From the NCBI GenBank assembly GCA_002633005.1, contig NMRA01000019.1, forward strand, positions 1,533,759 through 1,597,758: DNA of 64,000 bases, given 5' to 3'. The translations under genes and the position numbers were made by a program. This document shows, piece after piece, positions 1-13,680 of this stretch. The stretch is from Phoronis australis (Eukaryota > Animalia > Phoronida). Position 1 is the first letter of the stretch; the number at the start of each line of letters is the position of its first letter. Below the pieces are notes generated by a model, which saw only the letters and a program-made list of their open reading frames with translations, ran no database searches and was not told the origin of the DNA.

Positions 1-2149
1 GTTTTAAGTTGGTATTTTTTCTTGAATATGCCACGTGATAATGAGGTGGTTAAATAGGCCATGTCAGGTACTCAGGTCTATAAAGCGTTTCCCACTGCCT
101 CCAAAGCTTCGGCGTGGCAGAAGCCTCGGTCATTGGGAACACTTAACTTCGGTTAATCGAAGTTAACAGCGCTAATCAATTACAAAGGTAAGGAGGTGTA
201 TTTTATCAGCCAAGCGTCGACGCTTCTTTACATTGAGTAAAATGAGATGCAAGGAATGTCAAAAACAGCAATGTCATATGACCTTGCGAACTATATCTCC
301 GAAGTTGGTGTGAGCACTTACGCTTAACATCGCTGTTAACCACAGCTCGAAGTTTAGGAAGTAGCGATGTTTATTGTAAGGTAAAGGGCCTTTTAAGTAA
401 ACAACATTCTCATTGGCTGATTTGGTTCACACAAGCCAATGAAAAGCTAGGCCCCACACAAAAACAACTTCCCGTGGCTGTTTCCAGGAAACCCACCTAT
501 GAGTGATGTGTTTGTTTAAATTGGACACTCAAATAATGTTGCACATGCCTGAGCCTTGCCATTGTTCATCTTGGCAGTATACTATATACAGTGTAGAACG
601 GTATCCATGGTGATTTGAAATTCAGTATGCGGAGAGTGTTCGTTGAAGCTCTCTTAGATAGCCACATTCCATTAACAATTATTCGTTGCGATTAGCATTG
701 GTAATTGCAGGAAACACGTGTTTTCTGATTTCACTGCATTCACAAGTTGTTTGAACTAAAGTATGTTTCTGGGAACACTGGACAAGGAATATAAACCTAG
801 AAACTTGTACCCGCAAACATTTCCTGGGATATGAGCACTCGTTATTTTCCGGCTAGTGTTTTCTGACAGTCAGTCATGATCGGATTCAGAACTATCATGA
901 GTAATTACGTATTGACCCACAAAAACTATTTTTTGAAAATGTTGATTTGAGCAATAAAGCAAACACGAACGTTACAAAGGTTACAATAGGAGCAGTTGTG
1001 ATTCCTGAGGAACTTTAAAATAGGACCATCCCAGATTACTCAGCGACACCCGAATCTTGCTGTACACACCCACGATGCCGCAAACATCCGTTGTTGTCGA
1101 CTTCTTATTTTCAACTTTTTCTCTGTTATATTACTGTATTCGACCTTCTAATGCCAACGAATTATTACTGCTGTGCTGTAGGCTGCAACTCCAAGGTGAG
1201 ATAGTTCGATAAATTGGACAAATACTCGTAAATGCGTGATCTGAAATTCTTCGCCTTCTATCTCCGTGTAATCCGAGACGGTCTATTTAAAAATTTAGGT
1301 TCGTCTATACACAAAACGCGATGAACACACTTGCAATGTTATCGGCCTTGTCTTGATCGTTTGGGTTGAATATGCATACCCACTGTCATGGCATTTGTAA
1401 AATTATGCTACAATTATTGTGAATTATGGCACACATTTGGTAAAATCATTCAAATGCATTTTTATTATTCATTGCATTCTTGTGCATGCGTTTCATGTAG
1501 CTTTTATTGTGTTGAAGAAGCAGATGACATGTTTATCTGCATTAGTTGCAGTGGGAACGGTTTTTATGTTTTCAAAATGGTGCTACTGGTTTCGACATGA
1601 CAAACTTTGCTTTTAGTTATTCATATATTCAAATGTATTGCATTATGTCCACTGTATGTTGTTGCGTTACTATTTGTGTATATGTGTACATTAGACTGGA
1701 TTTTCAAAAGTCTGGTACTGGTTAAGGTATATCTTTGATAGAACAAACCATACCTGCTTTATATCGCTGAAATTTCGTTGATATGCGGTGTGCAAATTGT
1801 TATACTGGCGTGATTCTAAAATACCTAGTTACCGTGGAAACGGTGTGTGATCAAGCTGGCCAACGTCCCTAAGTTTTTAGGAAGAGTTACTGAAAGTATT
1901 TCAATTTTTCATGTTGCTTGCCTTCTAACAAGACTGCCATCAAGCTTCAAATTTGCTACGATAGAAATGATACGCACTTCCGTTTAGCGACTCCCTAAGT
2001 TTCAACAAAGATTCATTTGAATTTGGCAAGGTTTTCTGCTTATACCATGCATTTTCCCTTAAACCTGCCAAATTAGTGACAAAACAACTAATTACCTTGA
2101 TAACGATACATATAATTCAGCTTGTCAACCCACGAAGTTTCAAGGAAAG

Positions 2150-5100
2150 ATCACTGTGCTGTCAATATACATGTTGACAGTTTTGTTGTGTATTTTTGAG
2201 TTGAGAGTGAATACCATGCATTTTTGGAAACTTCATGGAATAAAATGTTAGAAACTAATTGATTCAACATTGGCAGCCACTTGGAATTTCAAAACTGGCG
2301 CCCTTGAAAATACTGTAATACATTTTGTTCAGTTATATCTGCTTTTGGGTAACTTAGAACGTTAGTTTAAATGGTTGCACCCAGATTTGCGTAGTCGTAC
2401 TCAAAAGCCCATTTATTGGATTTGGTAGTCACATTTTTTAAATGCGTTCTTCACATGTTCCAAGAGATATACTATCTTACTTCAATGCATATTTTATTCA
2501 GATTTGTTTCGTTTAACACCTTAAACTCAACCAGTATCTATTCAACTTATTTAGGTTTGCAGAACATGAATGCTTATTGTAGTGTCAATAGTCTTTCAAA
2601 ATTAGTCTACAGGTCATCACTATCGCCATTACTCTCATCGGTGTCACCAGGAATCACATCATCGTAAGAGTCCTCATCATTCTGAAATTCTGCACTACAC
2701 TGACGTGAATCTCTACAGTTAGGTCATTTGATAGGTAAGAGCCTCTTTGTGAAGAGAAATCCTGTTTGCACTGGTCTCTAACCATCTCAATGATAGCCTC
2801 AGGCGCCAGAAGATCCTCAGTTGTGAGAGGTTTCAGCTGTTCATCATTGTCCTTGTAAAACTCAATCTGAAACGTGTAAAGGACCTCTTGTCGAGCAATG
2901 GCTGCCTGACCCCACATTCTGGTGTGAATTTACATCCTCGGCAAATGTTTTTTCAAAGCACCAATGGTTGGTGGAAGTTTGACGCTGTCAGCCATAAGTT
3001 TGCAAAAGAGGCTCCTTCTCAGCTCTGTGATACTTTGATATATTCCAATACCTCTTGGTGAGTACACAGCACATGTCAAACGGGCTATTGTTAACAGAAG
3101 TTCACCTGACACTTCAGAAGCAGTACAAAGAGTCTGCAGTGCACTGACAACATCACTGTCCAACTTCAAATAGAATCGACCAGTGATGTCTGTCCGTGTA
3201 AAATCATGGAAAGCCGGAAGAGCTTCTGCCCCGGTAGCACGTAATGCTGTCCATATTGCATTCAGTTCCACAATCCCATATGCCATGGAGACTGAACTAT
3301 TTCTGAGAAGCCTGTCATGATGGTCAATGACGAGACGAGTACCAGTGAAAAAATATCACCTGAGAATCATGGACGATCTGGTGTGATGCCAGGACTGCAT
3401 GATGTATTAGCAATGTATCTGCTACTTCGTGATTTTTTTCGTCCAAGCGTGGATGACGTCCGTTGCTCTTTCTACATCCTGAAGCTATCTTGTCATTGTC
3501 AAGTGTCTTCTTTTCAGACCGATATTCAGTCAGTCGAGCGTTTGCTTGGTCATGAGAGACGACAGCTCATTGGGATATTTTTGATGTTAGTCTCATCTCT
3601 TATCTGGTACACTACTGAATCCATTCCTCGTCTCGGATTTTTTCTTTTGTTGTCTGCTTCTAAGAGTTGTATCTGCAAAAAAACCAAAATGATTTCATCG
3701 TAATTTCTAAGTAAAAACGTCAGTTTGTCATAGAACCGTTCGCTAATATCCTTGTCTGTCACAACAGATTAGCTTTTGGACCACTGCCATGCTATGGACA
3801 AGTGTAATTTCGTGGCTTGGGTGAACACACTGTGGATGTCGTTTCCATGTTTTCTGGATGTAAAGGCTCTCTTGCAGCTTGATGCCTGTCCTGCTCTAAG
3901 ACGTCTGCTTCGGAAAGATTCTGCCGAAAGTGGATAAGCATTGTCCCACTGGCAGCAAAGAAGGTTCTTGATGTTATGATCAGTTCGTAGTGGCCAATAA
4001 TATGTTTCTGTTCGATATGTCTATTTGACCTGACAAGTATCAGTAGTCTTGGAACAGGTCCTTTGTCTTTTTAAGATCCACGGTGTTACCACGGAATTTC
4101 ATGGTTGTGCTTCCTTGTTTCCTGACATGAACATCTTCCATGTAGGTATTGTTCACCCTTTTGTCTGGTAACCAAAGACTTTCATCTCCTCTAATTCCAT
4201 TAAAGGCAAAATCTCCGTGCAGTGCTTGACCCGTATCATCAGCCTACACGATCTTTGGAGCATGCTTTTGTGGGACATACGGTCGTGTAATCATGTTGTA
4301 CAGCTGCTCAACCTGCACGGTAGCTGGACTGCCGTAGTTGAGTATGACACTTTTAATCTTGTCATTGGCATCTTGAACCCTCATGATTAGGTTTATTCGC
4401 AAGTCAGGTTGCTATTGCTTGATACCTATTTCAGTGTTGTACTGACACTTGAAATCTCCGGACAGACAGGACAGTTCTGGAGTTGCCAGGAAGAATCTGT
4501 TCCTGGCATTAACAATGCTGGAAATACCGGTCCGTCCAGTATGGACCTTCATCATCCGGATGAGGTGCTCTAAAGCGTGGTCTGCACCAATGGACACGAA
4601 TGGAATTTCAGTTTTGGTGACTGACATGTTGCCTATTCCAAGTTTAGTCCAGGTGTCGGGGTGGTCGGTTCTTAGGTCCTGCAAATCAGCAATGAATCTG
4701 GGCCAGATTATTTTGCACTGATGCAATCACAGGCAATGATGATCTTAATCGTTTCATCATCTGCCTGGAGATGCAGAGTGAAGTCAGCATTTCGAGATGC
4801 TGTCAAAAATAGCAGGATGGTTTTTAACTCGATGTAAATAATTCATACTGGCGTTGGGTGATATTTGGGCCTCCAATGTTTCCGATATCTCGACAATTAT
4901 CAACAATTCAAGGAAATTGTAGCGAGATTTCTCTGTGCTCCCGGCCTTTCTGGTCTTGTTCTTCTCTAAACAGGCCGTTTCTGCTGACCGTTTTACAGCC
5001 TCTCAGCCGATGGATTCTACCTGTGGGTTTTCTTTATATAATTCATCTAAGTCTATACCAAGCAGTGCTGCATATGAGTAAATGTGGGTTCGGAGAGTGC

Positions 5101-5961
5101 GCTTTTAGTGAGTGTTCTTTAAAATCTGTCTAGTCGTTGTGCCAAAGACGTCGGCTGTTACCCAGGCACCATCTGTGCCGGAATAGTCTATGGACGTCCC
5201 GAGAGTTCTCAGAGGTGCCATTAGGGTCACTGTTTGCTTCATTCCAGGTCAGGTATCCAGGAGCTGTACAACCTTCTCGTTTAGTACCATGCCACATGAA
5301 ATGACAGTTGGATGAGATTTGTCAACAGCCAGCCTCCTCAACTGACACGTTTTCATACCAGCTGTCACCAGGGTCGACCATACATGAACCATAATATCAA
5401 AATCTTCAAAAGTAGTGTTTCAAATGTCTTTCTAAAGAATATACATGTAGATGTATACTGTAAATAAAGGTTATACTGCGTTTCTGTGGTTATTTTAAAT
5501 ATTCTTTGGGTTCGTAACTTCATTTAAAAATGTCTTAGATTATATGTAGCATTTTAGAAATAATGTTTTTTAATTCCTTGTCCCACAAAATGTGGCGGCA
5601 GCCATTAAAACTAACATTCTAAGAGACCCAAGGGCAGAGATAACGAACAAAGTTTATTTTACGGGCGCCATTTTTGAAAATCAAAGATGGCCGCTAAAAT
5701 ATTAAATTAAATTGTTCTATTCCTTGCCCCAAGAACTGCTGGTTTAGTCATAAAAACGAACATTCTATGTGACCCAAGTGATGAGATATTGAGCAAAATA
5801 AAATTTACTGGCGCCAATTTTGAAAATCTAAAATGGCCGCCAAAATCATAATCCATTATTTCCTGATTCGTCATTCTTTGAGGCTTCCAAAAATATATAG
5901 TTTCCACTTTGCCCCAAGAATTCCAGCAAATGTCAAAATTTGGACATAGCGAACCTCACTA
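2150..5961 (-). mobile_element. Decayed Academ (AcademX-type) DNA transposon
   Basis: Minus-strand frameshifted fragments in the expected order: transposase (DLQDLRTDHPDTW..G..SVTKT..PF.SIGADHALEH, 4412-4726), XPG-like nuclease (ALPAFHDFTRTDITGRF and KLPPTIGALKKH, 2930-3286) and a decayed Cys-rich tail (APEAIIEMVR.QCKQD, 2654-2917). Diverged inverted repeats: ~2200-2390 pairs with ~5590-5700 and ~5740-5910. Ends approximate; no TSD seen. Confidence 0.75.
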
Positions 5962-7199
5962 ATACTTTGAGCATAGTTGCATGCTTCTAACATGGCTTTG
6001 CCATCAAACCTAACATTGCTGATTTAGGTGGGCTGATTAAATTGGCCGGTTCACCCGAACCATTCTTCTATATTTCTACCAATTATTGGATGGGTCTTCC
6101 GACCTCGAAGCTCATTCCCTAGGGAAATTTGAAAAATACAAGCCTCATATCGCCACCCAATTTTCCTCATATGAGGCCGATTATACTCCGCAAAGACTTT
6201 GATAACCTGCGAAATCGTCACTCGACGGGGTTTGAATTATGTCTAATCATTCAGAATTAACCGGATCACTAGGGAACTCCAATGCTGCAGGCTGAGTATT
6301 CCTATTCGAATCTAACCGGTTTCTTTTGACATTAAATATTTCAGTTTAGGCTGGAAAAGCACTGTTGGTTCTGGACTGTGCCCCGATTCATTTTGAGACT
6401 AAAGAAACAATAGAAAAACATCCGTCTGCATCAGTTTCAGCCAAGGTATCGTTCTTTTACTGAAAACCTGATAAAACACAAACAATTGAGGTACGCACGA
6501 TTTGAAACCTTACCAAACGAGGCAAAATTGCATGCCATTGTTGCACTCATCTGTGCTTGAGGAAGTTGGTTTAGCCACAACCGACATCAATGGTTTGCAA
6601 GAGTAGCGATCAGATTAAGTGTAATAAGGGGTAAGTCGAGAAAAGAAAGACACTATGAAACATGTAGAAGACAAAGAATTCGTATAATATTTGACAACTA
6701 CCTGAATTGCTACAATTGCTCATTGAGAACCTTGCCTAGAAAATGTTGCTAGGGGTCCCTAGTTTATGCAACAGGGGTCCTCTAAATCCACTTGAAGACT
6801 AACAATTTGACACGGATTTTGAAATTCAAAAAATACAAGATAGGCATTAAAACAGTTTTTCCTCCAGGCATCCCTCTCTCGCGAGGGATAGTAGAGTCAT
6901 CTGTCGTTATGTGTTTTCGTATCTTTTTTCTGAAATTGTGTTTTACTTGACATAGACTGAGTTGCGTTTGGAATTTTCCTCTTTTAAGAGGTTTTAATCT
7001 TATTTGATTTCCAGTTTCCCCTCTTCTCATCTCTTTTTTATCATCATTTTGACTTTATTCAATCAAAAACGCTCGTTTATACATGTTCAACACAAAAAAA
7101 AACATTTCTCTCACATAAGCCTATTTATTCGCGGAAAATACATAACCTGGAGAATTTTCGCCTTTTTTGTCATTGGTCATTCCAAGCCATGACTGGGAC

Positions 7200-7586
7200 C
7201 TGGAGGAGAGGTGTCATAATGATGGCATCAATAGGGCCACCCTGACTACACAGCGATAGAACTCTCCTTTGTCCGGAGATTAGAAAGCGCGTTCGTTTTG
7301 GAAATCAGGCACATTTCCGTGTCTCTCATTGATGTCGGGAAGGAGAAGAATTTCGTACCACTCATCCACAGGTATTTGTCCAATTTTTTAAAAATTTCAA
7401 ACGTCTGAGTTGCAGCGGGAAGCACAGCAGTAATACTTCGTTGGCATTGGAACAGAGAAAAGCTTGTAAAGAATCGAACAAAAACAAATAACAAGTGAAA
7501 CTCCAGTGGCAAGAAAACGAGACTACAAGTGTGTCTGATCGATGTTTAGGGCATTGTGGGACAATACAACGAGATACGAGTGTCAT
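7200..7586 (-). pseudogene. Possible degenerate THAP-domain fragment (transposon-derived)
   Basis: RCIVPQC start and FFSFPTSMRDTE lie in different minus-strand frames. The fragment is cut off by the assembly gap. Confidence 0.25.
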
Positions 7587-7589
7587 TGT

Positions 7590-7862
7590 NNNNNNNNNNN
7601 NNNNNNNNNNNNNNNNNNNNNNNNNNNNNNNNNNNNNNNNNNNNNNNNNNNNNNNNNNNNNNNNNNNNNNNNNNNNNNNNNNNNNNNNNNNNNNNNNNNN
7701 NNNNNNNNNNNNNNNNNNNNNNNNNNNNNNNNNNNNNNNNNNNNNNNNNNNNNNNNNNNNNNNNNNNNNNNNNNNNNNNNNNNNNNNNNNNNNNNNNNNN
7801 NNNNNNNNNNNNNNNNNNNNNNNNNNNNNNNNNNNNNNNNNNNNNNNNNNNNNNNNNNNNNN
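7590..7862. other. Assembly gap (N run) followed by a poly-C run
   Basis: N run seen directly. ORFs crossing it are artefacts. Confidence 0.99.
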
Positions 7863-10800
7863 CCCCCCCCCCCCCCCGACGCTACTGCGTCCACTCCTTG
7901 TGTTTTACTGGCACCTTTGAAATTCTAAAGTAATTTAAAGTTTTATGGGATCTTATTGACAAATCTACAGAAGTATAGATTTGACCTCGTTAAAAATACG
8001 TACGGTTTCCTAAAGTAGATAATCTGTAGAATTTTATTTTTGACGGTTGACCCAACTTCCATAAATTTGGTCACACCGGGACCATGTCATTTCAGTAGTA
8101 AACTTGAACCAAAAAGGTACGTTGATAACAAACAACGGTACCAATAACATCATCTGACTACCGACCTATTGTATCCATGAGGCTTTCACAGATATCTGAT
8201 GCACCAAATTATACATGTACGAGTTTATAGTTTAATAACGCCACGACTGTACATAGACACAGAATATTCGTGAATGCCTAGCATTAATCCGTGTCCCTTG
8301 ACCTCATGTCCTTCGCAAATTAATTCTTTTCAACTGCATCAACAATGACATTCTTTGGTTTCCGACTGGAAGAGGTCGTGTCTGCATGCTGACACAATTT
8401 GCAAGATGCTCAGGAAAAAATAGAGCCACCTTGTCAGGAGTTGTCTTCCTCCTAGCCAACATGTACATGTAAGTTATCACAGTCTCTATTCAGTCACCGC
8501 GTAACAAGGTAGTCCACCACGAACAAAAACTACTATAAGAAGTTAAAAATAAATGCGACAGACGTCACCTCTAAGATCAAGTACATTTAAGGTGTTTATA
8601 TAGCCAGATAGCTAGGCAATAGGGCACACACTTAACAAATGCCCAAAGAGGGGCAGACAGGTCAAGTATCATGCCCAAACGAGCGTAATGAAAACAGGTC
8701 AATATACAGATAGACTAGATAAACTATAGATAACCCAGCAATGACAACTTTTCTTAACGAGTTGTTTTTTTTTCAAAGAAAGTAGAATGGAAGATGTCAA
8801 AAATATTGTCGATTTCAATTCCGAGTAAAACGATTAAATCCAGGACTCAGATCATGCGTTCCATTGAGGCGAGAAAATCTTCGCGAGATATTATCGTGAA
8901 CTACAAGCCAAGCACGCCATAGTCACACTAGTTTTCTTAGCAAGATTTTTGTTTTAACAAAATCCTACCTAGGTAAGAACGTGGACACTTATCTAACAAG
9001 ACATTAAAAAACCCAGAGGAAAGACGCATTACTGAAAATTTGCCGAAGAGCTATGAGTGGGATTTAAAACAAAACAACGACTAACATTACAGTGATTGCA
9101 AAAAAAATGATATTCGTTTCTGTCAAACCACTATTTAAATTAAGTCAGGAATTTTCCAGAATAAGGAGCCATGCACAGATTTCATCTCTTTTGCCCAATA
9201 CTCTAAGTAGGGCTCTGAATCTAATCAAGATATTTTGACATATTCTACTTTTGTACGTACTCAACATAGATGTCTATTGTTGAGTATGCAATTGCTCTAG
9301 GTGGTTAACTAATCCTCGTTTGCACTTATTTGAAGCTAAAAGGTCTGCATTCGAAATATCGAATTTTTGCTGGAGTTGCTGGGCACTCGGGTCTGGAGGT
9401 TGTGTGAGGTTATATTGACCGAGGGAGAGCAGCATTGCTCTTCAGAGGTCCATGCGACTTGATGTCACCTTCGGGATCGTTTCACATTTCTGTATTGATT
9501 TAACGCAACGAATGTGCGACTTCCTTTAATTTCAGATAGTTCTTTTCATTCTCTATTGGTTGCACGGCGCTACAATGAAATCCCTAACCAAACATTCCAC
9601 CACACCGACAGAAATCTCAACAACAAGGTAGGCTTTACTGTTGGAGATGGTTTCCAGGCTTAGCAATTGTTTTTGTTATTCTTTGTTTAACAAACTTGAA
9701 TCACCTGATCTCTTAGTATTTATTATGCACCACCTCTTCCAGACTATACATGCGTGTGTGGACCTATCGCCTACCTAATTTACGAATGCTGGTGTAAAAC
9801 AATATCATTACGAAACGGCAGAACTCTCACTTTCAGTACTTCGAATCTATTCTGACACATAATTTGCATGGTCACGTTGTGTCCAATCGCCGATTATTTT
9901 GTTTTGAGGTGTTCACACGGCGTGTCTCCGATTACACCAAGACAAGCGTGGACAGATAGCTAACAGCTGAGCAGACTGCTTCAAGTGATCACGCCAAGGC
10001 GCGAACTACTGAATGAACTAGCAGCTGCTTCATTCAATTGCTGTGTTTTCACATCTTGGGGTGAGCTGTCACCTCAACTAGGGTTCACTTGAAACAATTA
10101 GCTCCGTCCGTAGCTACCCGTCTGCGCTGGCCTTTACTGTCCATGTCTACTGCTGACTTTGAGACCATTTATCAAAGTGCTGTGAGCAGAACACGCTATA
10201 TCATCAATCAACATCTTTGAACTTACTCGTGAAGCTGAACTCTTCAGACAACAAAAAAGATAAAATCTTCCGTCAATTTATTATTCGAAATTGACAGGGA
10301 GATACAAAAATCATTTACAAATAGTTTACTTTTTTAAGTTTGTTTGACACGAGTTTGGCAAAACACGGAAGACGGCTAAAATTCAAGTTAAACAAATTTT
10401 TTGTCCACACAACAAAAAATCCTCAGAGCCGCCTGTTCTTGTATTCCCATACAACAGTCACCAAAAATAATCGGAGCACCCGGAAATATCTGAACCACGC
10501 TAGTGGTTGGAAAATGCCAGAGCCTGCGACTTTGGAGACTTTTGTACCCTGATCCAAGATCATGATTTGTTTTGACGTACAGCATTCAAAAATCGTTTCA
10601 ATTTATACTTTAGCAGTCTCATTAGAATATCTCGGTTCCAATTTTTTGTTAAAGCGATGTTGCGTCACAGTGGAGAGGAGTGAGTGCAATTTCTGGGATT
10701 CTGTTCAATATGTTTTCAATGCCGTTCAACCCCTGCGTGTTCTTTTGAAACTGACCATGACTGAAATTTCTCATGTGTAAAATTATCGCGAAAACCAATA

Positions 10801-10964
10801 CGCCACGTAAAAGCAAGATTACACCACACTGAAAGTAAACCTCTTCTACCCAAAAAAGAACTTCATGGATATCTTTAACTCAGTTGCAAGTAATTCACTT
10901 ATTGATAAACAGAGTTATGCTCAAACAAAACAACCATCTGTCATTTTACTTTTTTAATTCCTAG

Positions 10965-11634
10965 CTTTATTGTAATTTTGCCCAAAAGGCTCAACTGGTT
11001 TTCAGCCCTTTATTGTTCCGTGTTGCCGTTTTTAATTGCATATCTTTGCTTATGCTCGCCCTCTTGTTTCAGGCTTTTGCACCAAGGAAACGGGAGTATT
11101 GTCTTTCATAATAATAAATATAATTATAATAAAACACGGCAGCATCAAGATTTAACCGACTCGCTGTTTAATGGCATTGATATGCAATATCTTACAAGTA
11201 GTAATCCGCTGGATTTATTTCACAAAGTACAAACTTACAATCGAAAGTTAGAACGATTTAAAAGACAGACGTCATCGAAATTAGATTATGATAATCAGAG
11301 ATTGTGCTGCCCCACAGTGTCGAAAAGGGTAAAATTACTCGGCGGAAAGACCAAGGACAAGAAATTTGTGAAGCTATTTAATACTCGGAATTCGACACAA
11401 AGATTTTACATCACGAAGTGCCACAAAGACTTTAAGCACAAAAAATGTCAATTCATTGAACCACGATATAAAGAGCTTGCATTATGCTTGCCTTTAAAAA
11501 GTTGGACTTACGCAGTCGTGCGAGACTTCAACAGCACCAGCGATTCGGACTGGAGGGTGGATTACATACAATATGACGTGGGTTGCACGTGTAAAATGCG
11601 TCGCTTACTTCCGGAAGACAGGACACCTCGGTGA
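10965..11634 (+). CDS. Neurotrophin (NGF-family cystine-knot) precursor; 5' end unresolved
   Basis: Open frame with a hydrophobic leader (FSALYCSVLPFLIAYLCLC), a prodomain and furin site RFKR (11254-11265). The mature domain CCPTVSKRV...QRFYITKC...CQFIE...LC...WTYAV...WRVDYIQYDVGCTC follows the NGF pattern CDSVSVWV...QYFFETKC...CRGID...YC...FVKAL...WRFIRIDTACVC. A polypyrimidine+TAG acceptor ends at 10964. Confidence 0.85.
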
Positions 11635-13031
11635 ACGGATTTAAGCGAGGATGGGGCGTTCACACGAGCAGTGGACGTCGCTTCTAATATTCACGTTGAG
11701 GAATTAGATATATTTTCTCTGTTCATTTGTGCGCGTTCAAGCTGCAGCGACCTTTGACTTAAACAACTGTAAAAATTATCACTTTACTGGAGAAAATATT
11801 TTAATTCACCGCCATTGTACTGACTGTGAATGTTGCAATTACGTCATAAAGTTTTTCGTATCTTGAACCATGAAGTTATGTATGTTTGCATATGTCCCGA
11901 GAGAAGAAGTTGAACAACCAAGGTCTTTCTTTGCTTCAAATTTATGAAAATGTGGCTATAGGCTTGCTGTTCAGTATTATTTTATCAATAGGTCATATTG
12001 TGCGCTTAAACTTACCAGGAGCCCATATTCCTGAGGCGATATTCAGTAATGTTGGCCGATGTTGTAACATCGTGAAATCTAATTCTTGAGTTCTTATAGG
12101 GGGTGCTTATTCAGCGTGCGTGCGCACAGGTCGTGATGGCTTAGTGAGTAAATGGTGCACGTCGATTGCTTAAAAGCCCATTGTGAGACTTGGAGCCACG
12201 ACGCTCCGCCCATCCACGATACAATTTGTGACCTGATGGCTATCCTGAGCATCTCATGGAAGGCCTTTTACTAAAATCTGTTAATACTGTTTGAGTAAAA
12301 CTGGTTGCTGAGTGATTATTAAACATGATTTTATTTATTATATTGACATGTGTTAAACAGGTTTAAGGTGATATAAGACTGTCATTCTCAAGTCTGTGTT
12401 TGTAGTCAAAGAAATACAAAACTGTGAATTTTTAACTCAGTTGAGCATGTATTCCGTGAACGTATGAAGCCTGAAGAATTTAGCTTTTGTTTTTGTTTCC
12501 AATCTGCCATAACTTGGGTCACATGATCATGTCATTTACAATTTAGCTAAAAAGTAAGGTACGTCGATACCTAGACAACGGTATCTATAGCATTTACCAA
12601 ATTTTGTTTAGTACAAATGTTCAAGACGAAATCTCAAAAACCTTGTTGCATTTTACTAAAGTATCATTTCCTTTTTGTCTGACGAAATTTTTGATTTTTG
12701 GGAATACCAAAAGTACTATGTTTGGTAGCTCTGACCTGACATGACGGCTGGGGTTTACATTACTCGTTTAAAAGGTTTGGTGTTCGGAGGGAAGTAGTTG
12801 ATCTTGAGCGCCATTCAACAGGTGTGCGCAAGTGACACAGCTTAGTGTACTTCACTCACGTTTTTGTGGCCCAGTCAACCCGAAACTCACACCACTGTCG
12901 AACGCCCAGTCTGAGTGTTTGTTTTTCAAAGTTTTGCATTTACCTGGCACCCACATTTTCCCTCGTTGCCGACGGTGCTGTAGTGGTAAACTTAGAGGTA
13001 AGTAGGTGTCCAAATCCTAGCGTATCACCTT

Positions 13032-13680
13032 GAACGCTGAATTTTAAAAGTTCATTGAACTCGCAAAACTTGACTCACAAACACGCAGGCCTACTTTCTG
13101 ACTCACGAGGGGGTATTTATATAGAGTCTGCAGTGGCGGATCTTGGATGTCGGAGAAATAGGTTCAACCACACATATTCGCGTGCATCCCAAGCGGTCTC
13201 TGAAGGGGCCCCAAGCACAATTACAGTATAAAGGAAAATAGGAGTGTAACGCCAGAAATGAGGCGCTGGCGGCAATTTTTAGGGTGTGTCATCGGGGCCC
13301 TTCGACACACCCCCCCCCCCCCTTATCCATCTATGGTGTGACACCATAACTGTTTCTTTAGCTTGAAATATTAATAAAAATTCTATTACTCGGCAAGCAT
13401 ATATGTATGCCTGGTGGTCGCTCGCGCCGAAATATTCGGCAACAATGCTGTCGTCAGCGTAGCCATTGATGCCGTAAGCTATCGCCTGGAGACTATGCCC
13501 CACTACATGTATACCGCCACTTTCCGTGCCTAGACGCTACGTTAAATTGTGGGCTGAGTAGGTGGCTGGCTGCAACTTCGTGCGCTTACACCCCGCTATG
13601 CCGTGAGGTGGGTAGGCGTTACGTTAAAAAGCAAAAATGTGATTGGATGCGCCTACATGTACGTGCGCCTACGTTCCACT
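13032..13680 (+). repeat. Interspersed repeat, homologous to 62445-63050
   Basis: Shared blocks CTGAATTTTAAAAGT, ATAGAGTCTGCAGTGGCGGATCTTGGATGTCGGAGAAA, CCAAGCACAATTACAGTATA and AGACGCTACGTTAAA occur in the same order and orientation. Confidence 0.8.

Noticed and set aside
140-360. Inverted GTTAACAGCG/CGCTGTTAAC motifs suggesting a MITE
   Set aside because: The matches are short, with no clear termini or TSD.
7495-7933. ORFs of 103-141 aa
   Set aside because: They read through the N gap.
12972-13025. tRNA gene
   Set aside because: It has only A-box and B-box-like fragments and is too short for a cloverleaf.
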